From the NCBI GenBank assembly GCA_039794305.1, contig JBDIVX010000011.1:2885-66884 (forward strand): 64,000 nt of DNA, read 5' to 3'. The notes beneath the pieces were generated by a model. That model was not told where the DNA came from. It was given only the letters and a program-made list of their open reading frames with translations, and did no database searches. The number at the start of each line of letters is the position of its first letter. Positions within the stretch are counted from its first letter, which is position 1. The translations under genes and the position numbers were made by a program. The stretch comes from Polyangiales bacterium (GTDB lineage: Bacteria; Myxococcota_A; Polyangia; Polyangiales; JBDIVX01). Of this stretch, positions 1 to 11,653 are shown piece after piece.

Positions 1-591
1 CTCGAGGCGAGCGGCGCGGCCACGGCCGCGCAGCGCGACGAGCTCGAGGGCCAGCTCGCGCAGGCCGAGGCACGCCGGCAGTCGATCGCCCAGAGGCTCC
101 GCGCCCTCGAGGAGGGCGCGCGCTCGCAGGAGGTCGCCGCCGCCGAGGCGCAGGTGTCCGCCGCGACCGTGGCCCTCGAGGCGCTCGACGAGCGGCTCGC
201 CCGGTACGTGCTCCGGGCCGGGCTCTCGGGGTCGGTGCTCGACGTGCACGTCGAGCCGGGCGAGGTCGTCGCGCCCGGCGCCCCGGTCGTCACCGTCGCG
301 GACGTCGCGCACCCGTACGTGGACCTCTTCGTTCCGCAGGGCGAGCTCGCCGGCGTCCGCATCGGCACGCCGGCGAGCGTGCGCGTGGACGCCGAGAGCG
401 AAGCCTACGCCGGGACCGTGGAGAACGTGTCGCGACGGACCGAGTTCACGCCGCGCTACCTGTTCAGCGAGCGCGAGCGGCCCAACCTGGTCGTACGCGT
501 CCGCGTGCGGATCGAGGATCCGGATCAGGCGCTGCACGCCGGCGTGCCCGCCTTCGCCACGCTCGAGCGCGGGCGGGGAGCAGCTCGGTGA
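1..591 (+). CDS. HlyD-family membrane-fusion/efflux adaptor protein, 5'-truncated by the window
   Basis: Frame is open from base 1. Coiled-coil segment, then 'LRAGLSGSVLDVHVEPGEVV' lipoyl-like half and 'EFTPRY...VVRVRVRI...LHAGVPA'. GTGA overlap with the ABC ATPase. Confidence 0.85.
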   Translation, partial: LEASGAATAAQRDELEGQLAQAEARRQSIAQRLRALEEGARSQEVAAAEAQVSAATVALEALDERLARYVLRAGLSGSVLDVHVEPGEVVAPGAPVVTVADVAHPYVDLFVPQGELAGVRIGTPASVRVDAESEAYAGTVENVSRRTEFTPRYLFSERERPNLVVRVRVRIEDPDQALHAGVPAFATLERGRGAAR

Positions 592-1553
592 CCGAGGCCG
601 TCATCGTGGCCGAGCACCTCTCGCGGCGCTTCGGCGATCTGGTGGCCGTCCGTGACGTGTCGCTCGAGGTCGATCGCGGCGAGATCTTCGGCGTGCTCGG
701 CCCGAACGGCGCCGGCAAGTCCACGACGATCCGGATGCTGTGCGGTCTGCTCGACCCGTCCGGCGGGCGCGCGCGCGTGGTGGGCTTCGACGTCGCGTCC
801 GAGACCGAGCTCGTCAAGGAGCGCATCGGGTACATGACCCAGCGCTTCAGCCTGTACGAGGACCTCACGGTCCTCGAGAACCTCCAGTTCTACGCGGCCA
901 TCTACGGCCTGTGGGGTCGGATGCGGCGGCAGCGCGTCGAGCGCGTGCTCGAGGTGACCGGGCTCCTCGAGCGCAGGAAGCAGATCGCCGGCACCCTGTC
1001 CGGCGGATGGAAGCAGCGTGTCGCGCTCGCGTGCTCGACCATCCACGAGCCGCCGCTCCTCTTCCTCGACGAGCCCACCGCGGGCGTCGACCCCGTGAGC
1101 CGCCGCCAGTTCTGGGAGCAGATCCACCGCATCTCGAGCGAGGGGACGACCGTCGTCGTCACGACGCACTACATGGACGAGGCGGAGCGTTGCCACCGGC
1201 TCGCGTTCATCTTCCGCGGCGAGGTCCTCGACGTCGGCACGCCGGAGGAGGTGCTCGCGCGCCGCGCCCTGCGCGTGGCGGAGCTCGAGGTCGTCGCCGA
1301 CGCTCGCGGCGCCGCCGATCTCCTGCGCGCCGAGGACGCGGTCGACGAGGTCGCCCACTACGGTCACGTGATCCGCCTGTCGACGCTGCGTGGTGTCGAC
1401 CCCGTTCGGCTCGCGAACGACGTCCTCGGCCCTGCCGGCCTCGAGATCCGCGTCGCCCGCGAGGCGCGCGCGAACGTCGAAGACGCCTTCGTCTCCATGG
1501 TGCGCGAGGATCTCTCGGCGCTCGCCTCCCCTCCTCCCCCGGCGTCGCCGTGA
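588..1553 (+). CDS. ABC transporter ATP-binding protein (ABC-2/YbhF-like)
   Basis: Walker A GPNGAGKS, signature LSGGWKQR, Walker B LLFLDEPT, H-loop TTHYMDEA. Confidence 0.95.
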   Translation: MTEAVIVAEHLSRRFGDLVAVRDVSLEVDRGEIFGVLGPNGAGKSTTIRMLCGLLDPSGGRARVVGFDVASETELVKERIGYMTQRFSLYEDLTVLENLQFYAAIYGLWGRMRRQRVERVLEVTGLLERRKQIAGTLSGGWKQRVALACSTIHEPPLLFLDEPTAGVDPVSRRQFWEQIHRISSEGTTVVVTTHYMDEAERCHRLAFIFRGEVLDVGTPEEVLARRALRVAELEVVADARGAADLLRAEDAVDEVAHYGHVIRLSTLRGVDPVRLANDVLGPAGLEIRVAREARANVEDAFVSMVREDLSALASPPPPASP

Positions 1554-2674
1554 ACCGCCTGCTCGCCATCGCCAGGAAGGAGCTCCTGCAGCTCAAGCGC
1601 GACCGCCTGACGCTCGCGATGATGGCCGCCCTGCCGGTCCTGCAGCTCCTGCTGTTCGGGTACGCGATCGACACCGACGTCCGGCACATCCCGACCGTCG
1701 TCTTCGACCAGGACGGCTCGGCCGACTCGCGCGACCTCGCCCGCAGTCTCGAGGCCACGGGGTTCTACGACGTCGTCGGCCACGTGCAGGGCTACGACGA
1801 GATCCAGCGTGCGCTCCGGAGCGGCCGCGCGCGGGTCGCGCTCGTCGTGCCGGCCGACTTCTCGACGGATCTCGGCGGCGGAAGGAGCGCGCAGGTTCAG
1901 CTCGTCGTCGACGGGAGCGATCCGCAGACCGTCGCCAGCGCGACCAACACGGCCGCGTCGCTCGTCGCCGCGCGCTCGGCGCAGATGATGGTGGGCACGC
2001 TGGCGCGCGCGGGCGCCGGGTGGGCGGCCGAGCCGATCCGGCTCGAGCCGACGACCTGGTACAACCCGGACCTGCGCACCGCGGTCTACGTCGTGCCGGG
2101 CCTCATCGGCGTGATCCTCACGATGACGATGGTGATGCTCACGGCCATGGCCATCGCGCGCGAGCGCGAGCGCGGCACGCTCGAGGCGCTCATCGTCTCG
2201 CCCGTCCGCAGGCTCGAGCTGATCGTCGGCAAGATCGCGCCCTACGTGCTCATCGGGTACGTGCAGATCACCCTGGTCCTGGTGGCCGGCAAGCTCGTCT
2301 TCGACGTGCCGCTCGTGGGCTCGCTCCTGCTCCTCTACGCGCTGGCCTTCGTCTTCATCGCCGCCAACCTGGCGCTCGGGCTCTTCTTCAGCACCCTCGC
2401 GCGCACGCAGCAGCAGGCGATGCAGATGTCGTTCTTCTTCCTCTTGCCGAACATCCTGCTCAGCGGGTTCGTCTTTCCCTGGGAGGGGATGCCCGAGCCC
2501 GCGCAGTGGCTCTCGCAGGTCCTCCCGCTGACGCACTTCCTCCGGATCGTGCGCGGGATCACGCTCAAGGGCAGCACGTTCGCGGACGTGTCGGGCGAGC
2601 TGCTCTGGCTCACGGGGATCCTGCTCTTGTTGGTGACGATCGCCAGCGCCAGGTTCCGGAAGAAGCTGGTATAG
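1550..2674 (+). CDS. ABC-2 type transporter permease (YbhS-like)
   Basis: GTG start overlapping the upstream TGA. 'NRLLAIARKELLQLKRD', 'ARERERGTLEALIVSP', several TM helices, 'PLTHFLRIVRG'. Confidence 0.92.
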   Translation: MNRLLAIARKELLQLKRDRLTLAMMAALPVLQLLLFGYAIDTDVRHIPTVVFDQDGSADSRDLARSLEATGFYDVVGHVQGYDEIQRALRSGRARVALVVPADFSTDLGGGRSAQVQLVVDGSDPQTVASATNTAASLVAARSAQMMVGTLARAGAGWAAEPIRLEPTTWYNPDLRTAVYVVPGLIGVILTMTMVMLTAMAIARERERGTLEALIVSPVRRLELIVGKIAPYVLIGYVQITLVLVAGKLVFDVPLVGSLLLLYALAFVFIAANLALGLFFSTLARTQQQAMQMSFFFLLPNILLSGFVFPWEGMPEPAQWLSQVLPLTHFLRIVRGITLKGSTFADVSGELLWLTGILLLLVTIASARFRKKLV

Positions 2675-2688
2675 GACTCGAACCGACG

Positions 2689-3321
2689 ATGGCTCGACCC
2701 CGAAGCGACATACGCCCCCGCATCATGCAGGCCGCCCGCGAGCGCTTCTTCCACGACGGCGTCGACGGCGCGTCGCTCCGGGGGATCGCGCAGGACGCCG
2801 GCACGTCCATCGGGATGATCTACTACTACTTCCCGACCAAGGACGACCTGTTCCTCGGCGTGGTCGAGGACGTCTACGCGGGGCTGCTCGCCGATCTCTC
2901 GGTCGCGCTGTCGGCCGACGCGCCGGTGGAGCAGCGCATCCGGAGCCTGTACGCGCGCGCCGGGGCGATGAGCGACGTGGAGCTGACGATCATCGGCATC
3001 ATCGTCCGCGAGGCGCTCGTCTCCTCCTCGCGGCTCGAGCGGCTCATGGAACGGTTCGCGCGCGGCCACCTGCCGCTCCTCGTCCAGACGATCCAGCAGG
3101 GGATGTCCGAAGGGGTGCTCGACGACCGGCATCCAGTGCCTCTGGTCCTCGCGGCGATCGGGGTGCTCGGGATCTTCCCTCAGGTCGTCCGCCGGCTCGT
3201 CGCGACGACGTCCCCGGTGGTCTTCGCCATGCTGCCGAGCCCCGACGAGATGGCGCCGATGCTGTCCGACATCGTCCTGAACGGAATCAGGGCGCGGTCG
3301 GGGACCGACAAAGACGAGTGA
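2689..3321 (+). CDS. TetR/AcrR-family transcriptional regulator
   Basis: N-terminal HTH 'IMQAARERFFHDGVDGASLRGIAQDAGTSIGMIYYYFPTKDDLF'. Last gene of the efflux operon. Confidence 0.92.
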   Translation: MARPRSDIRPRIMQAARERFFHDGVDGASLRGIAQDAGTSIGMIYYYFPTKDDLFLGVVEDVYAGLLADLSVALSADAPVEQRIRSLYARAGAMSDVELTIIGIIVREALVSSSRLERLMERFARGHLPLLVQTIQQGMSEGVLDDRHPVPLVLAAIGVLGIFPQVVRRLVATTSPVVFAMLPSPDEMAPMLSDIVLNGIRARSGTDKDE

Positions 3322-3436
3322 TTCCGTCCCTGCTTCGGCTGGCTCGGGCGAATTCGCGCGGGTCACTCCGCCTCGATCGCACCTCCCGCGAGGTGGGTGA
3401 ACGTCACAGGATGGGGTCAGTGTCACCACACGCCGG

Positions 3437-3471
3437 AGAGGCGCGTGAACGCGCTCTGTCGTAGTTTTTTT
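3437..3471 (+). terminator. Possible weak intrinsic terminator of the ABC/TetR operon
   Basis: AGA(G)GCGCG-TGAA-CGCGCTCT hairpin, followed after 7 nt by T7. The spacing is atypical. Confidence 0.3.
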
Positions 3472-3647
3472 GGAGCATACCACTAGGGATTGTACGGTTC
3501 ACGACGTGGCCCTACGTGACATCTCGTGTACTTTCGAGATTCGCAGGAGCGCAATCTCAGGACACCGATCGACGGTTTCCGTCGAGTGTTCAAGTGCCGG
3601 GAATTGCACTGCTTGTCGGAATTCGACAGGAGGGCTGCGATTCGCCC

Positions 3648-3676
3648 TTGACGGCCCCGAGGGCCGGCGGTACCCC
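3648..3676 (+). promoter_or_regulatory. Putative sigma70-type promoter of nrdJ
   Basis: TTGACG-17 nt-TACCCC immediately upstream of the paired NrdR-box-like sites. Confidence 0.4.
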
Positions 3677-3687
3677 AGTCGACCTCG

Positions 3688-3734
3688 CACAACGGATAGT
3701 GCTGGCACGTCGGGGAACAGCCCCATCCGTTGTG
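3688..3734. promoter_or_regulatory. Tandem NrdR-box-like operators
   Basis: CACAACGGATAGTG (3688-3701) and CCCCATCCGTTGTG (3721-3734) are inverted relative to each other and 33 bp apart start-to-start. Both resemble CaCwAtATaTwGtG and lie upstream of an RNR gene. Confidence 0.6.
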
Positions 3735-3814
3735 GACAGAGTGTGGATTCGGAGGGGAACCGTTGGGGGCAAACGGTGGATTGCGCCCGACGGATGGCCG
3801 GAGGTGTGCTGTGG

Positions 3815-3822
3815 CTCTAGAT

Positions 3823-3828
<6 letters not shown>
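3815..3828. promoter_or_regulatory. Third NrdR-box-like site overlapping the nrdJ start
   Basis: CTCTAGATATGGGT matches the CwA-ATAT-G core of the NrdR box. Confidence 0.5.
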
Positions 3829-7131
<3,303 letters not shown>

Positions 7132-7257
7132 TTGGTGCGACGGTTCTGAAAGAAGCCCCGGGAGGGGACGGGAAGAGCGAGACGGGGTGTGGCCCGAGCG
7201 GCCACGCCCCGTTTCCACTCGTGGGAGTGGACTCTACCGCCCCCGGGCCGCGCGCCT

Positions 7258-8688
7258 ATGGGCCATCGAGGCGCCATGGCAGAGCGAGGAAGGAGCTCCC
7301 TGTGGGCGCGCGCGATGCCGATCCTCGAGAACGTGGGATCGAGCTACTGGTTCGTGCCGGGGTTCATGAGCGCGCTGTCGGTCGCCTTGGCGTTCGTGAC
7401 GCTCGAGGTGGACCAGGCCTACGGCGACGCGCTGCGCTTGCCCGTGCTCCGCTGGGGAACGGCGTCCGGCGTGCGCGCCGTCCTCGAGACGATCGCGACG
7501 TCCATGATCACCGTGGCCGGCGTGGTCTTCTCGATCACGATCGTCGCGCTGTCGCTGGCGTCGCGTCAGTACGGGCCGATGCTGCTCCGGAACTTCATGG
7601 AGGACCGGCCGAACCAGGTCGTCCTCGGGACGTTCGTCTCCACGTATCTGTACTGCGTCCTGGTCATGCGGGCCGTCCGCGGCGACGAGGTCGATGGGGG
7701 GGCTTCCGTCCCGCAGATCTCCACCACCGTCGCGCTCGCGCTCGCGCTCGCGAGCCTCGCCGTCCTGATCTTCTTCATCCACCACATCGCGCGATCGATC
7801 CGCGTCGAGAGCGTGCTGTCGCGCATCGCCGAGATGCTCGACCGCGAGGCGGAGCGCCTCTACCCCGCGGAGATGGGGCGCGGCCCCGACGCCGGTCGCA
7901 CCGAAGGGCTGCCCGGCGACTTCGACGAGCGGACCGCCCGGGTACCGGCGCCCCACGACGGGTACGTGCACGGGTTCGAAGAGGAGCGTCTCTTGTCGAC
8001 CGCCCGCGAGCGGGACTTGCTCGTCGAGCTCTCGGTCGCCCCGAACGACTTCGTCGTTCGAGGATGCCTGCTCTTCCGGGTCTACCCGGCGGAGCGGTGC
8101 ACCAGAGAGCTCCTCGACGACCTCGGGGAGATGGTGGTGCTCGGGGCGGATCCTTCTCCCATGGGAGACGTTCGGTACGGAATCGATCAGCTCGTCCAGC
8201 TCGCGCTGCGGGCCCTCAGCCCGAGCCTCAACGATCCTCTCACCGCGATGGCGGTCATCGATCGGCTCCTGGCGATCCAGGGGCACGTCGCTCGTAAGGG
8301 CGTTCCGTCACGCTACCGGTACGACGGGGGCGGGAGGCTGCGGCTCGTCGCGCGACGACCGTCGTTCGAAGACCTGATCCACCGCGCGTTCGATCCGGTG
8401 AGGATCAACGTCGGTCGCCAGACCGCGGTCGCACGCCACCTGCTCGAGGGGCTCGCGAAGCTCGCGCCGAGCCTCGGCCCCGCGCACCGGCGGGACGTCC
8501 ACGCGTTCGCCGTGCGGCTGGGAGAGACGTCCCGGACCGACCTCTTGCCCGGTGACTGGGCCTCGCTCGAACCGCTCCACCGCCGGGTGCTGGCCGCGCT
8601 CGCCCGCGAGCCGGTCGAGGTCTCGGGCGTGCGCGTGCGCCCCGAGGCCCGTGCGGATCGAGATCGCGACGAGGGCGGCCGCGGCTAG
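7258..8688 (+). CDS. DUF2254-family predicted membrane protein
   Basis: 'SYWFVP', 'SMITVAGVVFSITIVALSLASRQYGPMLLRNF', 'ALRALSPSLNDPLTA'. Start uncertain (7258 or 7277-7315 region). Confidence 0.85.
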   Translation: MGHRGAMAERGRSSLWARAMPILENVGSSYWFVPGFMSALSVALAFVTLEVDQAYGDALRLPVLRWGTASGVRAVLETIATSMITVAGVVFSITIVALSLASRQYGPMLLRNFMEDRPNQVVLGTFVSTYLYCVLVMRAVRGDEVDGGASVPQISTTVALALALASLAVLIFFIHHIARSIRVESVLSRIAEMLDREAERLYPAEMGRGPDAGRTEGLPGDFDERTARVPAPHDGYVHGFEEERLLSTARERDLLVELSVAPNDFVVRGCLLFRVYPAERCTRELLDDLGEMVVLGADPSPMGDVRYGIDQLVQLALRALSPSLNDPLTAMAVIDRLLAIQGHVARKGVPSRYRYDGGGRLRLVARRPSFEDLIHRAFDPVRINVGRQTAVARHLLEGLAKLAPSLGPAHRRDVHAFAVRLGETSRTDLLPGDWASLEPLHRRVLAALAREPVEVSGVRVRPEARADRDRDEGGRG

Positions 8689-8720
8689 TGGTGACCCCGC
8701 CAGCGATGAGGTGGGCGAGG

Positions 8721-9767
8721 CTAGCAACCCTCGACGGGGAGCGCCTCGAATGCGTCGCGCGCGTCGGGATCCGCCTTGCTCACGCCGCCCACGACGAGCC
8801 CCTCGACCTCGCCGTGCAGGAAGCGGAGCGCGTCGCCGATGTCGGCGGCGTGGGGAGCCACGGCGGGCGGCAGCTCGTCGGTGAGGAGCTGCGTCGACAC
8901 CGTGTACGAGCCCCACTCGCCGTCGCTGCACGCATAGCAGGTCGCGCCCGTCCACTGGTGCTCCATGCGCACGATCCCGTTCGGCTCGAAGACCGGGCGG
9001 ACGCGCGTGCGGTGGACCTCGTCACCAAACAGGAGCGACTCCCCGTCGCTCTCGTCCGCGAGCGCCTGCTTCGCGGCGGGCTCCATGACCCGCTCGAGGG
9101 CGGCGCGCGCTCCGGCGTCGTAGAGCTCGACCGGCTCGCCCGTGCGCGCGTCCCAGACGAACGTTTCGTGCTCGGTCCCACCGTGCGCGCCGCAGTGGTA
9201 CGAGTAGGTCTCGCGCTCGACGAAGAGGTATGGGCCGAGCGAGCCGAGGAGGCGGACGGACTCGGTCCACTCGGCGCTCTCGCGTGCCTCGGCGGCCGCC
9301 GGAGCGAGGACCTCGCGCCGATCGCCGCCGTCCACGCGCTCGAGGAAGGCGCGCGCCCCGGTCCCCTCGCCCGTCCCCGGAACCGTCTCGAAGAGTTCGC
9401 AGTCGAGCTCGGTCGCGACGGGCTCCTCGTCCACGACCCAGTGGTGGAGCGCACCGTCGATGGCGACGACGACGCCGGTCGTGCCGACCACGTCCCATCC
9501 GCCCTCGCGCTCGCGCTCGACCCACCAGGTGTACGACAGGCCCTCGTCGTCACGACCCCAGACGAGCACGGGTCGCACGCGCTCCTCCGGCGCCTCGACC
9601 ACCGCGGGCGCCGGGGCTCCCTCGACCTCGGGCAGGGTCTCGGCCGGCTGCGAGGGCGGGGTCGCGTCGGGCTGCTCCGAGGCGGCTCGCGAGGGCGCGG
9701 GCGGCGCCGCAGGGTCGGCGCACGCGGCGAGCAGGAGCGAGGCGAGCAGAGGGATCGTGCGCGTCAT
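8721..9767 (-). CDS. Hypothetical lipoprotein, possible RsiV/PdaC-like (DUF3298/DUF4163) motif
   Basis: Lipobox 'LLLAAC', Pro/Ala linker, 'YSYHCGAHG...TFVWDARTGEPVEL'. Confidence 0.6.
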   Translation of the reverse strand: MTRTIPLLASLLLAACADPAAPPAPSRAASEQPDATPPSQPAETLPEVEGAPAPAVVEAPEERVRPVLVWGRDDEGLSYTWWVEREREGGWDVVGTTGVVVAIDGALHHWVVDEEPVATELDCELFETVPGTGEGTGARAFLERVDGGDRREVLAPAAAEARESAEWTESVRLLGSLGPYLFVERETYSYHCGAHGGTEHETFVWDARTGEPVELYDAGARAALERVMEPAAKQALADESDGESLLFGDEVHRTRVRPVFEPNGIVRMEHQWTGATCYACSDGEWGSYTVSTQLLTDELPPAVAPHAADIGDALRFLHGEVEGLVVGGVSKADPDARDAFEALPVEGC

Positions 9768-9891
9768 GCCCCGAGCGGATGCACTGGTCGTTCCAGGCTC
9801 GCGGCGTCCCGGTATCGCTGCCCTTTGCCGGGGATGGGCGCCACGCCCGTGGCATCGCACACACGCCCCCCGCGTCCGGCGGGACGCGTCG

Positions 9892-11643
9892 CTACTCGAT
9901 GAGGTTCCGGAGGTTCAGACCGGCGGGGTAGGCGAAGGACGTGTAGCTGCCGAGGCCGAACGCCACGAGCCCGAAGGGCGCCGCCGACCGCGCTCGGTGC
10001 GTGCCTCCGCCGACCGGAACCACGGCGAGCTCCTGGTCGCCGGCGCTCGCCCACGTCGCCTCGAGCTGCTCGCCGTCGAGCTCGATGGGCACGTCGGGCC
10101 GGCGCGAGACCAGCACGTAGCTCTGCCCGAACGGGTTGTCGGAGTACGAGGTCGGCGTCACGAAGACGTAGTCCGGCCGGAACTGCTCGGCGGGCACGAG
10201 GATCGTGAGCGCCGGATCGCCGCGGTCGCTCGGCGGGTCGGCAGCGAATTGGCCCATGAGGTACTGGGCGACCTGGATCGGTGCGTCCGCCTCGATGGCG
10301 ACGGGCGCGGCGACGCTGACCTCGACGTGCTCACCCGCGTCGAGCAGCACGCGCTCCCGGCCGTCGACCGGCGGGTCGAAGGTCACGGTCGTGTCGTCCC
10401 GAGCGGCGATGACGCGCAAGAGGTTCGGCACGTTCACGCCCGGGTCCCGCATCGGCGCCGTCGCGAGCTTGCGGCCCCAGGTGGTCACGGGCGCGAGCTG
10501 CGTCTCGAGATGGTCGCACATGCCGATGTCGTAGGGCACGAAGGCGCAGGCGTGGCCCGAGAAGACCGCCACCGGCCGGTCCGAACGCACGACCGATCCC
10601 GTGACGTCGTGGCCGTGCTCGCGGCAGAGCGGGTGGTCGCCCCCGGTGTAGCCGGGCCGCTCGGGACCGCACTCGGGCTGCACCGCGTTGGCGATCTGCG
10701 CGACCTCGCCGCGGGCCAGCGTGAAGCTGAAGGTGCCGCCCTCGGGCGTGCGGTCCCAGCGCCCTTCGGCGTCCGCCTCGATCTCTCCGGCCGCGACGAC
10801 CTCGACGGTCGTCGGCTCGGGGGAGACGCCGACCACCCCGATCCACCCTGGATAGCCGGGAAACGTCTCACCGCCGGTGCCGATCGGAACGTAGCTCGCC
10901 GCGAGGTGCTCGGTCCCGAGCGCGTGGACCGGCAAGAGGAGGGATGCGTCGTTCGAGTACGAGTAGTCCCAGTCTTCTCCGTACTCGAAGGGGTTGAACT
11001 GCGACACGATCACCGGCCGGCTCGCCACGATGCGGTAGGCGCCGTCGGGTACGACCGTGCTGGTCCAGGGGTCGGGGCCGAGCTCGAAGGAGAGTCGGTC
11101 CACCCAGGGCAGCGAGATGACGACGAGGTCGCCGGGGACCACCGTGTGTCGCGCCTCGATGTGCGGCCCCGCGTAGACCGTCACGTCGGCGGGGAGGGAG
11201 CTCGGGTTCGCGACGACGACGCGGAAGTCGAACACGCGCCGGTCGAGCTCGGGGGAATTCGCGAAGGGCGCCGCGTAGTACTCGCACCCGACGTACGAGC
11301 GCGTGGCCTCGGCCTCGGCGCAGTCGTCCTGGCAGTAGCCGCTGTCGTCGCACTCGACGCCCCAGTCCGCACAGTCCCGCCCGTGCAGCCATCGCGAGCC
11401 GTCGGTGGCGCAGACCATGGAGACCGTCCCGTCGCACCGCCGCACCCCCGGCGTGCAGGGCACGCAGCCCTCGGTGTCGCAGGTGGTCGCGTCGGGGCGC
11501 CCGGCGTCGGCGGCTCCGCCGTCGGCCTCTCCGGCGTCGCCGGCCGCCGCATCGGCGCCGCCGTCGCCCGGTGCCGCGGGATCGGGGCCCCCGCCGCAGC
11601 CTGCGAGCGCGATCAGGGAGAGGACTCGAACGATCAGTTCCAC
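9892..11643 (-). CDS. IgGFc-binding N-terminal domain lipoprotein with Cys-rich linker
   Basis: GTG start, lipobox 'LAGC', DAG repeats, 'SYVGCEYYA', 'SQFNP', 'SNDASLLLP', 'DHLE', 'GDPAL', 'SFAYPAG'. Confidence 0.85.
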   Translation of the reverse strand: MELIVRVLSLIALAGCGGGPDPAAPGDGGADAAAGDAGEADGGAADAGRPDATTCDTEGCVPCTPGVRRCDGTVSMVCATDGSRWLHGRDCADWGVECDDSGYCQDDCAEAEATRSYVGCEYYAAPFANSPELDRRVFDFRVVVANPSSLPADVTVYAGPHIEARHTVVPGDLVVISLPWVDRLSFELGPDPWTSTVVPDGAYRIVASRPVIVSQFNPFEYGEDWDYSYSNDASLLLPVHALGTEHLAASYVPIGTGGETFPGYPGWIGVVGVSPEPTTVEVVAAGEIEADAEGRWDRTPEGGTFSFTLARGEVAQIANAVQPECGPERPGYTGGDHPLCREHGHDVTGSVVRSDRPVAVFSGHACAFVPYDIGMCDHLETQLAPVTTWGRKLATAPMRDPGVNVPNLLRVIAARDDTTVTFDPPVDGRERVLLDAGEHVEVSVAAPVAIEADAPIQVAQYLMGQFAADPPSDRGDPALTILVPAEQFRPDYVFVTPTSYSDNPFGQSYVLVSRRPDVPIELDGEQLEATWASAGDQELAVVPVGGGTHRARSAAPFGLVAFGLGSYTSFAYPAGLNLRNLIE

Positions 11644-11653
11644 GGCACGCTCC

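Noticed and set aside
3322-3822. Cobalamin riboswitch upstream of the B12-dependent RNR
   Set aside because: No recognisable B12 box or conserved core found by eye. NrdR-like boxes explain the region better.
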